This document shows, one piece after another, positions 5,919 to 6,778 of a stretch of 6,778 nucleotides of DNA. The stretch is from the IMG/VR virus record IMGVR_UViG_2695420382_000017. One strand, given 5' to 3'. This stretch comes from a virus. Lineage: Duplodnaviria; Heunggongvirae; Uroviricota; Caudoviricetes. The notes below the pieces were generated by a model. That model saw only the letters and a program-made list of their open reading frames with translations. It was not told the origin of the DNA and searched no databases. Both the position numbers and the translations under genes were made by a program. Each line of letters starts with the position of its first letter. Position 1 is the first letter of the stretch.

Positions 5919-6005
5919 CTAACAGTCTGGCGTTTTCTTTTTCAGCAACGGGAAAGCAACAACCACCACACCCGCCACCAGCACACCGTCAGCCAGCACT
6001 GACAT
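5919..6005 (-). CDS. Candidate small hydrophobic peptide (28 aa: MSVLADGVLVAGVVVVAFPLLKKKTPDC); speculative
   Basis: ATG-initiated small ORF encoding one predicted TM-like segment followed by KKK; only a weak GGA Shine-Dalgarno-like element. The same DNA is a CA-rich tract on the plus strand, so the ORF may be coincidental. Confidence 0.15.
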   Translation of the reverse strand: MSVLADGVLVAGVVVVAFPLLKKKTPDC

Positions 6006-6085
6006 TATCCGGCTGCTGCAATGCCATTCACAAAAACAGTAAGCAATCACTTTTTACCGTAACAGGTGATAATCCAGATATGTAT

Positions 6086-6439
6086 CTACCCCAGATGAGT
6101 AATCCGAAGTTCATCCATACCACAGGTCCTGGCTATTCTGTTGTACTCCTGAACAAGAGCAAATAATTCTGAATTAGCAACCATGAACTCATCGCAAACC
6201 CTCTGTATAGCATCACTATTCAGAATAATAACGTCTCTTCCCGAAAGACGATCAGGAGTACAGAACAAAACTGTCAAACGGCTGAAGGCCTTTGCTCGTG
6301 CTGCATTGACTATATCAATACGCTGCCTAAGGATGAAACACCCCGACGCCTCATCAATATTCACTCTACCCACACCATATGAATGATAAATATTTAATGC
6401 TGAAAAAACCATTAGACCGTATAACAAACACTCAATCAA
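6086..6439 (-). CDS. Hypothetical ORF, 117 aa, at the position occupied by stxAB in Stx phages; doubtful
   Basis: Open frame in late-operon orientation just downstream of the tRNAs, but it starts with TTG and has no recognisable Shine-Dalgarno, and no family is recognised. May be a decayed or noncoding region. Confidence 0.2.
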   Translation of the reverse strand: MIECLLYGLMVFSALNIYHSYGVGRVNIDEASGCFILRQRIDIVNAARAKAFSRLTVLFCTPDRLSGRDVIILNSDAIQRVCDEFMVANSELFALVQEYNRIARTCGMDELRITHLG

Positions 6440-6549
6440 TACTTAACAGAACTTTTATTTTTGACAAACATAAAATATTTTCAACAATATCCTGAGCCAG
6501 GTATATTTCAGTATAAGGCTCTGCCGGAAGGAATCTGGAAGAATGAATA

Positions 6550-6626
6550 TGGCGCGCTGTACTGGATTCGAACCAGTGACCGATTGCTTAGAAGGCAATT
6601 GCTCTGTCCGGCTGAGCTAACAACGC
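6550..6626 (-). tRNA. argO: tRNA-Arg (anticodon UCU)
   Basis: Minus strand GCGTTGT-TA-GCTC-AGCCGGACA-GAGC-A-ATTGC-CTTCTAA-GCAAT-CGGTC-ACTGG-TTCGAAT-CCAGT-ACAGCGC-G-CCA: canonical cloverleaf with a 7-bp acceptor stem (one G-U), TTCGAAT T-loop, anticodon TCT and encoded CCA. Similar to E. coli argU. The symbol is assigned by position; it could equally be argN. Confidence 0.85.
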
Positions 6627-6639
6627 TGAATACCGATAA

Positions 6640-6719
6640 TGGACCGCCATCGGGGACCCGCCCCCGCACCAACAACCCTGTTATCGTGTCGTCTGCTCTT
6701 CCTGATAAGCTAATGGCGG
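6640..6719 (-). tRNA. tRNA-like element or pseudo-tRNA: perfect 7-bp acceptor stem, discriminator U and encoded CCA, plausible D-arm, but no canonical anticodon or T arm
   Basis: Minus strand CCGCCAT...ATGGCGG-T-CCA with D-stem GCTT/GAGC and a GG-containing D-loop. A manual search finds no 5-bp stem with a 7-nt loop at the anticodon position, and the T-arm has a 6-nt loop (CGGGG/CCCCG stem). It occupies the middle slot of the ileZ-argN-argO type cluster. Confidence 0.35.
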
Positions 6720-6726
6720 TTTGTGA

Positions 6727-6778
6727 TGGTGGCCCTTGCTGGATTTGAACCAGCGACCTGGCGATTATGAGTCGCTCG
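6727..6778 (-). tRNA. ileZ: tRNA-Ile (anticodon CAU, lysidine-type, ileX/ileZ-like), 3' 52 nt only; 5' part lies beyond the window end
   Basis: Minus strand ...GACTCATAATCGCC-AGGTC-GCTGG-TTCAAAT-CCAGC-AAGGGCC-A-CCA: CAT anticodon loop, canonical T-arm, acceptor 3' strand and CCA. Strongly resembles E. coli ileX. Confidence 0.75.

Noticed and set aside
6183-6386. 67-aa plus-strand ORF antisense to the 117-aa frame
   Set aside because: No Shine-Dalgarno, no recognisable family, and it overlaps a region with no strong coding signal on either strand.
5885-6549. Shiga toxin genes stxA/stxB at the canonical position between the tRNA cluster and nanS-p
   Set aside because: No ORF in this interval resembles StxA (about 319 aa) or StxB (about 89 aa); only a dubious 117-aa frame is present.
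6461-6748. 95-aa plus-strand ORF
   Set aside because: It runs antisense through the tRNA-Arg and tRNA-like genes; a frame across structured tRNA DNA is not credible.

Overview
This window reads as the late region of a lambdoid, Stx-phage-like prophage that carries no stx genes, with the late operon on the minus strand (high to low coordinates). In that order it contains: a partial tRNA-Ile(CAU) (6727-6778), a degenerate tRNA-like element (6640-6719), tRNA-Arg(UCU) (6550-6626), an AT-rich moron region with weak or orphan ORFs, a ~210-bp noncoding repeat (copy C, 5675-5884), a 5' fragment of a nanS-p paralog (4914-5042) cut by an IS3-family element (3947-4910) that is itself cut by an IS1 remnant (3609-3946), repeat copies B (3400-3608) and A (2914-3140), an intact nanS-p sialate O-acetylesterase gene (825-2678), an S21-type pinholin (459-674), a small YdfR-like lysis-cassette protein (140-454) and the first 28 codons of a probable SAR endolysin (1-84). 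The most interesting unexplained signal is the triplicated ~210-bp module with conserved hairpins and a minus-strand terminator, whose reading frame is not conserved between copies. All identifications are from reading the sequence and from memory of the protein and IS families; no database search or folding program was run.
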